Below, one piece after another: positions 35,090-44,901 of a DNA stretch of 64,000 nt (its first letter is position 1; every line of letters begins with the position of its first letter). The DNA is from Nitrospira sp. LK70 (GTDB lineage: Bacteria > Nitrospirota > Nitrospiria > Nitrospirales > Nitrospiraceae). The notes beneath the pieces were generated by a model. The model was not told the origin of the DNA. It worked only from the letters and a program-made list of their open reading frames with translations, and searched no databases. The translations under genes were made by a program, and so were the position numbers. The stretch lies in the NCBI GenBank assembly GCA_011090425.1, contig PHGD01000002.1:2643-66642 (forward strand), read 5' to 3'.

Positions 35090-35356
35090 ATGAATACACA
35101 GGAAAGACGAGTGTTGAGCGTCTTACGAGGAGCCGCAGGACTTATACTGTTCGCGTTCTCGGCTAGCGTTGCGTGGCCGCCGTCAGCTAACGCAATGGCC
35201 CCAAGTAAGTCGTGGGAGAAACTCCATGTCACGGAGAGCGCGGTGATCTGCGAGCATCGCACACAACCGCTACCGTACACGCCCTGTGACCTGCTCGCAG
35301 CAAGACATGCGGTAGAAACTGGAGGGCTTTCAATTTGGACCACCATACCGGTGTGA
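35090..35356 (+). CDS. small secreted hypothetical protein
   Basis: 88 aa with signal-peptide-like GLILFAFSASVAWPPSANA and a strong GAGGAGG RBS. Confidence 0.55.
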   Translation: MNTQERRVLSVLRGAAGLILFAFSASVAWPPSANAMAPSKSWEKLHVTESAVICEHRTQPLPYTPCDLLAARHAVETGGLSIWTTIPV

Positions 35357-36162
35357 GTAACACACACAAAATCATGAAACGGAACCGAGCACGGTGAGCA
35401 ATCAAGGCGAATAGGAAGATGATCGGAGTGAGGTTCACACGATGAATGTGGAACTGGAGATGGCCAAGCTGCAGCAATGGTTTCCGCAGAAGGAGGGCGC
35501 CATGCGAACACAACGTTATCGAGTGTGGAAGGTCCTGCAAGGGATTACCGATTTCCTAGTGTCTACTTTCAGGACGACCAGTTCATTGTCGAAGCCGGCT
35601 GCCGAGCCTGCTGCGGGTAATTCTCGGAAGAAGACGGGGCCCATCGTCAGTTCAACTGGTGTCACGGAGCGGACAGTGCTCCGTGACCATCGGACGAAAC
35701 GGAGACCGTCCTTCTCTATCAATCAGACCACAGAGTCCGGCAGACGAAGCTGGCAGGACGTCATGGGGTCGGGGCATGGCAGATGAAATAGCGATATAAA
35801 TGCTCGCAATATGTGCTTCGATCAAGAACGATAACTGTTTAGCATACTGCTGATTCGTATCTGTAGATGATGTAGCACTTCGTGGTGCCGAGGAGGCGAG
35901 CATCATGCAAGACCTCATGAAGAAGTCGATCCTCTGGAGTCTTGGATCACAAGGTAGAAAACTCTGATTTTGGGAGGTACGAACGATGGCTGCTCATCGC
36001 AACGAAGTCACCGGACCATTCTGTGCCGCTGTCCATCTGGCATCTATACTCTGCGAAACGGGGTCCACGACACAGCTGGAAAGGACACATCATGCACGCA
36101 CCCCATCACGAGGACCGAATCGTCGCATCCCTGTTTCTCTGTCTGCACGGGAGAGCACACTG

Positions 36163-38340
36163 TTGTATCAATTCGTGTGGCTGGCCCTCGCGCTGGTGGT
36201 GTCCGTGACCGGTGCTCATGCAGAAAGTTTTCCCAAGGAAGAGAGCAGGGGAACGACGTGGACTGGTCCGAACTGGGGGCCAGAGCAACCCCGATTCGTC
36301 ACGGACCTGAACGGGGACGGCAAGGGGGATCTCGTGGGGTTCGGCACCGACGGGGTGTGGACCGCGCTCGGCAAGGGCGATGGGACGTTCAGTAAGGCGC
36401 GCATGGTCCTCACCAGTTTCAATTCCCAGGGATGGCACACGGGACAGCACCCCCGGTTTGTGGTGGATCTGAACGGAGACGGCAAGGGCGACATTATCGG
36501 CTTTGGCGATAATGGGGTCTCGACGGCGATCAGCAAGGGTGACGGGACCTTCGCCGAGGACCAGCTCGTGCTGGCGCAGTTCGGTGTCAATCAAGGCTGG
36601 CGCATGGATCAACATCCGCGATTCGTCGCAGATCTGACCGGTGACGGCAAGGCCGATCTCGTGGGATTCAATAACGATGGAGTGTGGACCGCACTCGGCC
36701 GGGGCGACGGCACCTTCGGATCTGCGACTTTGGTGCTCGCGAACTTCGGGATCAACCAGGGCTGGCAGGTGGCGCAGCATCCCCGATTCGTGGCGGATTT
36801 GACCGGCGATGGCAAGGCCGATCTCGTGGGATTTGGCCCTGAGGGAGTCAGGACTGCGCTTGGCAAGGGCGACGGCACCTTTGGAGCTGCGACTTTGGTG
36901 CTCGCGAACTTCGGGGTCAACCAGCGCTGGCCGGTGGACAAGAACCCTCTGTTCCTCGCTGATGTAATTGGCAGTGGGCGACTTGATCTTGTAGGCTTCG
37001 GCGACGACGGGGTGTGGACTGCGTCCGGCAACGGGGATGGGACCTTCGGCAATGCGAATCAGGTGCTCGCGAACTTCGGGGTCAACCAGGGTTGGCAGGT
37101 GGGGCAGCATCCTCGATTCGTCGTGGATCTGACCGGCGATGGCAAGGCTGACATCCTCGGCTTCGACAACCAAGGGGTCAGGGTCGCGTTGAATAATGGG
37201 GACGGGACCTATGGAGAGACGAAGCTCGTGCTCCCGAGCTTTGGCATCAACCAAGGTTGGCAGGTGGGGCAGCATCTCCGATTGGCGGTCGATCTGAATG
37301 GCGATGGCAAGGCCGACATCATCGGCTTCGGCAACGACGCCGTGCCTAGGGCTGTCCTGAATAACGGCAATGGGACTTTTGGGCCACGACTTTCCTCCAT
37401 CGCCGATATCACGAACCAGCCGAGTTCTGCGGTCCAGCATGATGCGACTTTTGAGGTCAAGCACAAGCAGATCTCTCTCGCCGATCTGCAATTCTACCTG
37501 AACGTCTTCTTGTCTCAGGTTCATCTGAACCTCGACAGCAAAGACCACATGTTTGGAAGGTCCGAGTTCACACTCAACGCGGCGGCTAACCCTGCTTTTG
37601 GCATTCCACTGCCCATCCAGTCCACGATCGAGCTGAACGGCCTGAATTTTGCGGTCTACAACTATTATTTTCAGGACATCAATAGTACCCTGCTGACGGC
37701 CTCGCTCATTCCGGGAAAGCCGCTCGCCCTTTCTGTGACCATCCCCTTCGAGACCGATGGCCCGGTGGAGATCAAGGTCGATGGCCACACCGGCCATGAC
37801 ATCGACTTTCATCGCTTCAACATCGTCCTCCGGCCCGAGCTCACTCTGCACGGAAATTCGCTGGACCTCTTTGGTTTCGTAGACGAGATCGAGGATGCCA
37901 TCACGCACGCGACTATCACCTCTTCTAGAGTTCGCAACGATTACGTCCCTCACTCCACCGTCACCGTCAACTTCCGGGGCGAGACGATCATCAGAGAGAC
38001 CCCTTGGCACCCTAGCCGAATACCATCCCCTGGCGATCCATACGCGTGGCTGGACGGAATTAAGGATACCCTGATCCAGCGCTTCATCGCGGCCGACATG
38101 AGCGTCGACGCGGGCTTCTTGTGGGACAATGTCTTCGCCGCCGAAAACAAGATCAAAAGTGCCATCAATGCCACGATCTACAACATGCTCAGGGCGGGAG
38201 CTAACGGTACCGACAACCAGTACCGCGAAAGCCTGAGCACCAAGCTGAAGCAGTTGTTGGGCATCGATAAGTCTTCCATCATCACGAGCGTGTCGAGCGA
38301 CAGCAACGCATTGTACATCGACTATGCGGTCCCGCGGTGA
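36163..38340 (+). CDS. secreted FG-GAP/VCBS-repeat (7-blade propeller) protein with an unknown C-terminal domain
   Basis: Seven copies of F[VL].DL.GDGK.D..GF...GV..A.G.GDGTF. Signal-like YQFVWLALALVVSVTGAHA. I place the start at TTG 36163 (GGGAGAG lies 7 nt upstream). The longest ORF opens at 35986. Confidence 0.8.
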   Translation: MYQFVWLALALVVSVTGAHAESFPKEESRGTTWTGPNWGPEQPRFVTDLNGDGKGDLVGFGTDGVWTALGKGDGTFSKARMVLTSFNSQGWHTGQHPRFVVDLNGDGKGDIIGFGDNGVSTAISKGDGTFAEDQLVLAQFGVNQGWRMDQHPRFVADLTGDGKADLVGFNNDGVWTALGRGDGTFGSATLVLANFGINQGWQVAQHPRFVADLTGDGKADLVGFGPEGVRTALGKGDGTFGAATLVLANFGVNQRWPVDKNPLFLADVIGSGRLDLVGFGDDGVWTASGNGDGTFGNANQVLANFGVNQGWQVGQHPRFVVDLTGDGKADILGFDNQGVRVALNNGDGTYGETKLVLPSFGINQGWQVGQHLRLAVDLNGDGKADIIGFGNDAVPRAVLNNGNGTFGPRLSSIADITNQPSSAVQHDATFEVKHKQISLADLQFYLNVFLSQVHLNLDSKDHMFGRSEFTLNAAANPAFGIPLPIQSTIELNGLNFAVYNYYFQDINSTLLTASLIPGKPLALSVTIPFETDGPVEIKVDGHTGHDIDFHRFNIVLRPELTLHGNSLDLFGFVDEIEDAITHATITSSRVRNDYVPHSTVTVNFRGETIIRETPWHPSRIPSPGDPYAWLDGIKDTLIQRFIAADMSVDAGFLWDNVFAAENKIKSAINATIYNMLRAGANGTDNQYRESLSTKLKQLLGIDKSSIITSVSSDSNALYIDYAVPR

Positions 38341-38393
38341 CCGTAGGTTGTGTCCAAATTCGTTGACGACTACCTGTAAGTAGGATGTGGAAT

Positions 38394-38437
38394 GGAAGGA
38401 AGCCACGATGGGACTGAATAGATCGCGGCTTCCTTCC
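38394..38437. terminator. hairpin between the convergent FG-GAP and integrase genes
   Basis: GGAAGGAAGCC / GGCTTCCTTCC, an 11-bp perfect stem with a 22-nt loop. Confidence 0.45.
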
Positions 38438-38513
38438 CGGTACTCCGACATCCCATCGTAGGTGGAGTGGAGTAACATCGAGTGATGTGGAATTGACCGT
38501 TCTCGATCTGTAC

Positions 38514-39491
38514 TCAAATCACAATGCGCTCCACTTCATCCAACGACACCTGATCGGTGCGTCGATCATACAGTCCGGTCGTGCGGGCGCTTTCATGATT
38601 CGCCATCTGTTGCGCGACTTCCAGCTTGCCGCCGTTCCGCAGATATTCGGTGATGCCCGTGGCGCGAAAGGAGTGATTGCCGATCTTGGTCCGAATGCCG
38701 ACCGACTCCGCACGGCGGCGGATCATGCGGTAGGCGTCCGGCTGCGTCATGGGCTGATCGGAGAGGAGCCCAGTTCGGCCCCGCATCGTCCGAAAGAGCG
38801 GGGTCTTGCCCTCGGTGAGCTGCGCCGTCTTGATATAAGCATGGAGGTATTCCTCTAGATTGTGGTGACAAGGCATCGTATGGAGCTTGCCGCCTTTTTC
38901 ATGCAACCGTACCCAGGTGCGACGGCCCTGGATAAACACATCCTCCACAGTCATGGTGATCGCCGCGCCGATCCGGGCAAAGGTGTAGACCATCAAGCCG
39001 ATCAACGCGCGATCGCGCAAGCCTTCAATCGTCTTGCTATCGATCGCGTCGAGGAGGAGACGGGCCTCTTCGGCGGTGAGCACCGGCGTCTTGCCTTTCT
39101 TCATCGAATACTTCGGGCCTCGCACGGAACTCGCCGGATTGTTGGGAATGACCTGGCCGACCACGAGCCAATCGAACAGCATGCGAATGGCCGCGAGATG
39201 TTGTTTCACGGACGGCGCGGCCAACCGGCGCTGCAAGGTTTCAATATAGGTGGCCACATGGACCGGCTCGATGGCCTGTAAGGAGAGCAGCCCATGCTGT
39301 TCGCACCAGGTCGCAAATTCGGTGACCGCCCAGGTATAGGCTTTCCGAGTGTGCGGGTTGCGGATATTCGCCGTAAAGAATTCGACGAACTTCTTGGCTG
39401 CGGCGGGCGTCGGGGTGAAGAGGGTGGGGAGCGTTCTGGTTTCCGGAATCGCGAGCTGAATTCCTTGTGTCATGCCGTCCCCTACCGACAT
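38514..39491 (-). CDS. tyrosine recombinase/integrase
   Basis: 325 aa with an N-terminal SAM-like core-binding region and catalytic-domain motifs ...GLRDRALIGLMVYTFARIGA..., HSFRATGITEYL and TTGLYDRR. Confidence 0.9.
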   Translation of the reverse strand: MSVGDGMTQGIQLAIPETRTLPTLFTPTPAAAKKFVEFFTANIRNPHTRKAYTWAVTEFATWCEQHGLLSLQAIEPVHVATYIETLQRRLAAPSVKQHLAAIRMLFDWLVVGQVIPNNPASSVRGPKYSMKKGKTPVLTAEEARLLLDAIDSKTIEGLRDRALIGLMVYTFARIGAAITMTVEDVFIQGRRTWVRLHEKGGKLHTMPCHHNLEEYLHAYIKTAQLTEGKTPLFRTMRGRTGLLSDQPMTQPDAYRMIRRRAESVGIRTKIGNHSFRATGITEYLRNGGKLEVAQQMANHESARTTGLYDRRTDQVSLDEVERIVI

Positions 39492-39582
39492 ATTAGTGTA
39501 TGATAACGTCCTTTATCATACTGTATTCTTGTTCGCTGCCGGCAGTGAAAAAAGCTGCAATACTATTCTATTGCCGTTTCTC

Positions 39583-39867
39583 ATGGCATATGGCATGATG
39601 AATGGCATGGATGTGAAAATTGATAAATCTGGTCGGATCGTCGTGCCGAAACCGCTCCGAGATCGGCTCGGGTTGAAACCCGATATGGAACTGGAGGTCC
39701 AAGAACAAGCTGATGGGCTGTTCCTCCGGGTGCCCGTGCCACACCCTACGATGGTCAATGTGGATGGGCTCTGGGTGCACCAGGGGACGGCGCAGACCAA
39801 CGCGGACTGGGCGCGTGTGCTGGAGGACGTGCGCGACGAACGCCTCCGGGCCGTGGGCTCGGACTGA
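39583..39867 (+). CDS. vapB: AbrB/SpoVT-type antitoxin (VapB-like)
   Basis: MDVKIDKSGRIVVPKPLRDRLGL. The start is ambiguous among ATGs at 39583, 39595 and 39607. Confidence 0.75.
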   Translation: MAYGMMNGMDVKIDKSGRIVVPKPLRDRLGLKPDMELEVQEQADGLFLRVPVPHPTMVNVDGLWVHQGTAQTNADWARVLEDVRDERLRAVGSD

Positions 39868-39870
39868 GCC

Positions 39871-40311
39871 GTGGTGCAGGTATTTTTTGATACGACGGTT
39901 TTGGTCGCCGCGTCGGAACGGAGCCATCCCCATCATGCGCGCGCCCTGCCCGCCCTACGGCGAGTCGTCGCCGGTCAGGATACGGGATTTGTGAGTGCCC
40001 ATTCGATTGCGGAGACCTACGCGGCGTTGACCCGGCTCCCGGTGCAGCCTCGGATTCATCCGAGTGAAGCAGCCCGCATCATTACGGAGAATATTGTGCC
40101 GTATTGTACGGTAGTGCCCCTCACGCACGAGGAGTATCTCCAGGCATTGACCGTGGTGCGGGATGCGGGGATTCCTGGGGCCAAAATCTATGATGCCCTG
40201 CTCCTGGCCTGTGCGACCAAATGTGCGGCAGAGCGGATCTACACGTTTAATCTTAGCGACTTTCGTCAATTGGCGACCCCCGATCAACTCTCAAAGGTGA
40301 TGGCCCCCTAA
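39871..40311 (+). CDS. vapC: PIN-domain toxin (VapC-like)
   Basis: VFFDTTVLV..., ...SAHSIAETY... and ...IYDALLLACA... fit the PIN acidic-residue pattern. GTG start 4 nt after vapB. Confidence 0.85.
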   Translation: MVQVFFDTTVLVAASERSHPHHARALPALRRVVAGQDTGFVSAHSIAETYAALTRLPVQPRIHPSEAARIITENIVPYCTVVPLTHEEYLQALTVVRDAGIPGAKIYDALLLACATKCAAERIYTFNLSDFRQLATPDQLSKVMAP

Positions 40312-40405
40312 GAGCGCGCGGGGTCTCCTCACCACATCCCTCAGAAAACGACGCCGGCAGACTTCCAAGCATATTTGGGATATAGTAAAGTCTTTTTCCG
40401 GTAAC

Positions 40406-43400
40406 TTACAAAGATAATGTCTGTCTAGAGTCGTCCAGCCATCCTGCAGACGTACGTCTACCAAGCGCGACTCGGCCAACGATGGAATTGTCACGGAGGG
40501 AGTAGATCGCACCAGTATGCCTACGTTGAAGTCCGAGTAGAGTACGAACCTCAGCACAAACTGCAAGATGAGACTTATCTGGCGAGAGAGACGCGGCTAC
40601 TACTCGGCATCGCCCCTTTTCCAGAGCAGCTTCAAGTCTTTGGGCTATTGTCATCCATCTTTCGGGTTCATCCTCGGTTCTTCTCTTACCGTCAAGGAGA
40701 TCCAGGAGTATCTCCAGGGAAGGGTGTCGTCCGGAGGTGGTAAACTCGAAATGCACAAGTACCTTAGTCAGCCAACAATCGTGAAGGTCTTCAGGGTGAA
40801 ATCTGCGTCCGCTCCATAGACAGGATCTTGCTTCAACAGGGGCACAGAACTTTCCTGTCGCCGATGTGATAGCAACTTGCTGTAGAATTCGCGCTCCAGA
40901 CAAACTGCTAGTAACAAGAAAGGTTCTTAAGGCTCGTTTCCCGGTGGCCGCACAACGCTCCATTTCTCTTGGGAGGACCCGTTTCTTCGAAACGAAGCAT
41001 TCTTCTAGTACCCCTGGCCTAACTAAGGCATTGGTTATTGCGCATTGCTCGGTCTCCGATACGAGAATCGGCTGTCTAGTTTCTTCACATACTATGAACT
41101 CAGATGTGTGCCCAGACTTCCCAGACACCACAGAGCGCAGCTGCTCGTCCGATCGATAGCGCTTGCCCGATACTTCGCTTGTAGCCAGCTCGGTTATTAG
41201 CACCTCAGCCCCAGTGAAATCACAGCGCCCAAAATACTCTGGTTCTGCACGCTTCCCACTTGTAGCCGATGTTTTTAGCAACCGTTTAAAGACAGGTTGA
41301 CCCGTGACCGCGGATTGTTCCACTTCATCTTTTAGTAACCGCTTCTTGGTTGTGGCACAGAGAACCATGAATTCTGGCAAGGCGTATCTTCCAGACACAT
41401 CGGAACGCGCAAGCAGGTCCTCAAGGACTGATTGGCCAGACATTTCACACTGCTTGAAGCATACGGGGGGAGCTTTCCGTCCGCTCTTGGCACAGGTCAA
41501 GAGCGCAGGAGCATCGACTAAAGTCGGATCGTGCGGGACGAGAGTAATCGTGGTGCCATATTCCTTCTCCCCTTCCAGTTTAAAGCGGACTTGTACCTCG
41601 GCTCGCCTATAGACTTTTCCTTCCAAGGCGACAAGGCTCATCTCAAGTCTGGGTGTGAATTCATCTTCGAGCTTTTTGGCTCTGCGCCGATCATCTCCTG
41701 CCGCTCGAATCTCCTCGTCTCGTCGTTCTAGATAAAAACGGCTAAATTCAGAAATCCCGGCGTCCTCCTTGGCGTCTCTGACAATACCTTCCAACCTCAG
41801 TCCTATGTCTCTTGGATACTGAATTATTTGTGGTATTGGATCGAACCCTCTACGCGCAAAGGGAGTCATGTGTTCCGCTCCCGAACATTTGACAGCGACA
41901 AGCCTTTCGTAACTGTCATGCGCGACTGTGGCCCGAACCCGGACTACGGCATGGCCATCAAAGCATTGGCTTACCAACGGAATATCTATTCCGGTTAATG
42001 CGGCATTGAAGGATCGAAGCCAGCTGGTTGAGATTTCGCTGCATCGGATGGCCGGCTGGTTATCACGGTCCTCTAAATTGTATAGCGCAGAACCTACGAC
42101 TCGATGAACAAGGTCGAGGAATGGACCTGTCCCCGGTTCGTATAGGACACTTTTCTTCTCCTTGTTGGGCTGATCGTTAAAGGAGATGAATTGGTGGCCC
42201 CCATTCTCCTCAACAAGGACCAGCCCGTCTTCGAGCTCAGTAACCTGCGCCCCAAGGACACGAAGAGCCGAGATTGTAAACTCACGGGGCTCCATCGCTC
42301 GTGTGACCACTGGTAGCCTCGGGGCTCGTGGACCGGCGTAAGCGGCACCATCCATTCCGCCGAGGAGTGAATTAATGTGTTCTTCTTCCCGTGTCAAAGT
42401 CTGTCTTGCATTCTCAATACTTTGTTCAGCCTGACGAGTCGCTTCCTCGAAATCTTTTCCTGTAAGGGCCGCAATTACCAGTTGGCGAATTTTTTCATCG
42501 AAGTCAGTAGGGCCTTCCTCATCTCCCTCATTGATACCAGCGGCCCCAAGGAGAGCTTCGATGTCTCCAATCGCATGTGAAGCTAATTGGAGTTTCTCCA
42601 TGAGCCGTCCGACAATGAACTCTTCAAATGTCCCGCTCAAGATAATGTTAAAGATGGCGACGCTGGCATGGTCAGAGGCGAGACGCTGGATTCGGCCGAT
42701 CCGCTGCTCAACGATCATGGGATTCCAAGGCAGGTCATAATTAACCAACACGTTCGCGATCTGAAGGTTGATACCTTCAGACCCTGCTTCGGTCGAGACA
42801 ATGACGTGGCAATCCGGCGGCGTTTTGCGAAACCCGGCGAGCGTTTCCTGGTTACGAGGTCCAGAAGAGCCATTGATAACTCCGACCTTTAAGCCATGTT
42901 TTTCCAAGAAGGCTTGAATCGTCGTTTGAGTCTCACGGCGCCCCGTGAAAACGACAAGTCGCCAGCGCTCAGGATTTTCACCTTTGAGTCTCTCAATTAA
43001 TGCCCCCAAGCCTCGAAGTTTAGCGGTCAATGGCATTTGCGTAACCAGCGTGCTAACCATCTGCGCAAGCTCGAGCGGAACAGTGCGGTTTCGAGCCATG
43101 TTCTCGAGTTGGGCCTTTAGAGCTTCAGGGCTGCTCGTGAGTGCCTGCAATATCGAAATTTGTGCCAGCCGATTTAGTTTCTGGATTGGCTTCGCAATTG
43201 TTCGAATGAGTTCGAGCTCGGCCGGGGTCGGTTCAACCTTATACAGCTGTACTTTGCGGTCGGGAAAGGACAAGTTGGTATCCGCGCGACGAATTCGAGA
43301 CATGTAGCCATAAATAATGGAGCGAAATTCCTCCCTGGCTTCGAGCTTCAATTGGCGTGCCTTCTCAGGGCTATCGGCGATAAATTTGCGAGCAAACACG

Positions 43401-44128
43401 CCTTCGCTGCCAAATGGGTTTTGATGTCCCCTCGCGACTGTCAGCAGATCGACGAGCGAATAGAGATCCCAGAGACGATTTTGGATCGGTGTGGCAGTTA
43501 GCATCAGGACATAGCGAAACCGGCGATCTTGAAGCGCCGCTCGAAAGCGCCGAGCGACCAGTGGCGGTGACTCGACTCCATATAAATTTCTAAGCTTATG
43601 AGCCTCGTCGAGAATGAGCATTTCAAAACGATCGCGTGGGATTTCGTCCAGGTACAAGCGGGCGGAGTTATACGTCGTTATGACGGCGCTGTGCTCTTGT
43701 GGCATTTCACCGATAAGATCTCGACCTGTTGCGATCGTCGAAGGGATGTTAAATTTGGACGCGAGCTCTTCTTGCCACTGAGGACCCAATAACTTTGGGC
43801 AGACAACCAGAAACTTGGAAAGGCGCGACCGAGAAATCAACTCGCTAACAATTAACCCAGCACTAATTGTTTTACCAAGTCCAACGTCATCCGCGAGTAA
43901 CGTGACAGGGAGACGGCGGCAAAAAGTTATAAGGTTTGTGACTTGGTGCTGGTATGGACTAACACGGTCCTGCCAACGCGCTTCAGACTTGAGATCGTCA
44001 TGTTTCTCTATGACTATAGGGTCGAGTAAGTCCCATTCAAGTCCGGCCCTATAGACATCGTATTCGAGAGGAGTGGCTGCTTTATGAAGTACGCGAGTTT
44101 GGAGGTTCACCTCTGACATAGGGTTCAA
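40406..44128 (-). CDS. SNF2-family helicase with a long repeat-containing C-terminal extension
   Basis: LADDVGLGKT, LILDEAHKLRN, LTATPIQN and DLPWNPMIVEQRIGRIQR. The ORF opens with TTG and the first ATG is at 44119. Residues ~878-1133 carry about 17 tandem 15-residue units. Confidence 0.85.
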   Translation of the reverse strand: MNPMSEVNLQTRVLHKAATPLEYDVYRAGLEWDLLDPIVIEKHDDLKSEARWQDRVSPYQHQVTNLITFCRRLPVTLLADDVGLGKTISAGLIVSELISRSRLSKFLVVCPKLLGPQWQEELASKFNIPSTIATGRDLIGEMPQEHSAVITTYNSARLYLDEIPRDRFEMLILDEAHKLRNLYGVESPPLVARRFRAALQDRRFRYVLMLTATPIQNRLWDLYSLVDLLTVARGHQNPFGSEGVFARKFIADSPEKARQLKLEAREEFRSIIYGYMSRIRRADTNLSFPDRKVQLYKVEPTPAELELIRTIAKPIQKLNRLAQISILQALTSSPEALKAQLENMARNRTVPLELAQMVSTLVTQMPLTAKLRGLGALIERLKGENPERWRLVVFTGRRETQTTIQAFLEKHGLKVGVINGSSGPRNQETLAGFRKTPPDCHVIVSTEAGSEGINLQIANVLVNYDLPWNPMIVEQRIGRIQRLASDHASVAIFNIILSGTFEEFIVGRLMEKLQLASHAIGDIEALLGAAGINEGDEEGPTDFDEKIRQLVIAALTGKDFEEATRQAEQSIENARQTLTREEEHINSLLGGMDGAAYAGPRAPRLPVVTRAMEPREFTISALRVLGAQVTELEDGLVLVEENGGHQFISFNDQPNKEKKSVLYEPGTGPFLDLVHRVVGSALYNLEDRDNQPAIRCSEISTSWLRSFNAALTGIDIPLVSQCFDGHAVVRVRATVAHDSYERLVAVKCSGAEHMTPFARRGFDPIPQIIQYPRDIGLRLEGIVRDAKEDAGISEFSRFYLERRDEEIRAAGDDRRRAKKLEDEFTPRLEMSLVALEGKVYRRAEVQVRFKLEGEKEYGTTITLVPHDPTLVDAPALLTCAKSGRKAPPVCFKQCEMSGQSVLEDLLARSDVSGRYALPEFMVLCATTKKRLLKDEVEQSAVTGQPVFKRLLKTSATSGKRAEPEYFGRCDFTGAEVLITELATSEVSGKRYRSDEQLRSVVSGKSGHTSEFIVCEETRQPILVSETEQCAITNALVRPGVLEECFVSKKRVLPREMERCAATGKRALRTFLVTSSLSGARILQQVAITSATGKFCAPVEARSCLWSGRRFHPEDLHDCWLTKVLVHFEFTTSGRHPSLEILLDLLDGKRRTEDEPERWMTIAQRLEAALEKGRCRVVAASLSPDKSHLAVCAEVRTLLGLQRRHTGAIYSLRDNSIVGRVALGRRTSAGWLDDSRQTLSL

Positions 44129-44636
44129 TCGGTGTCACGAATTCCATTGCGGAGTAATAAATTGCGTTCATTCGTACGCCTAGAGCTTCTGAAAATCAAC
44201 AATACTGATGAGGGAGTGCGGCTAGGAACTCAAGGAAAGCGTGCAATAGATGTCTTTCTGTTTTGAGTAGCATCTCAGGTTAGACTCCTGGATCTCCTAT
44301 CACAGATTTGCTGACCAGTTGACGCGCACAGGCGGTGTGTCAATTTACCGAATACTTGTTTAGGTCGCTCATCGGTGTACATATGCCCCCCCACTTCAAT
44401 GATAAACCGTTCATAGGCGAGGTTCAGGAACCAATGTCTGTTCATACATGGATCAGGGGATCGCCCAGTAAATGAATCAAAGGGGGCATTCTCTGATTCA
44501 GATCCAGCTCGACCAACAGCCGTCGCTCTCGGAGCCTATACAGCATGCTGTGACGCATATCATGAATCAACTCCACGCCATGAAGCCGAACCTCAATCAG
44601 ATTGCGCGCGCCTCAGACTGCGTTCAAGCTTAACAG

Positions 44637-44661
44637 GTGGCGGTGCGGCTCGAACCGCTCC
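44637..44661 (-). other. tRNA 3'-end-like fragment (T-arm plus acceptor strand)
   Basis: The reverse strand reads GGAGCGGTTCGAGCCGCACCGCCAC, i.e. GG-TTCGAGC-CC T-loop geometry followed by 7 nt. No matching 5' half is present. Confidence 0.35.
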
Positions 44662-44901
44662 AAGACTAGCCCAAATGTATTGGCACGATGGACTAGATCA
44701 TGACACTCATCAGTTCGAGGTCTGAAACTCGGCGCGACGCCCGTTCCTTTCTTCTCTCTGCAAAAGCAACTAATAAGATACTTGGGTATCCCCCCAAAAG
44801 GTGGTATGAGAAACAGTCTAAATCAGCTATATAAACAGCCCTTCTCTCTGCATGTCATCTTCCTAGGTTTGTTTATTATGTTAGAACCGCTCGGTTAAGA
44901 G

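Noticed and set aside
35442-35786. 114-aa ORF between the small secreted protein and the FG-GAP gene
   Set aside because: It has a basic, Ser/Thr/Arg-rich translation, no RBS or motif, and overlaps minus-strand ORFs of equal quality. I left it unannotated.
36106-38517. 803-aa ORF on the minus strand, longer than the plus-strand gene it overlaps
   Set aside because: It is an antisense shadow of the GC-rich, repeat-encoding FG-GAP gene. It has no motifs, it is Arg/Pro/Gly/Asp-rich with mirrored periodicity, and it would overrun the integrase stop. The plus strand carries textbook FG-GAP blades and a signal peptide.
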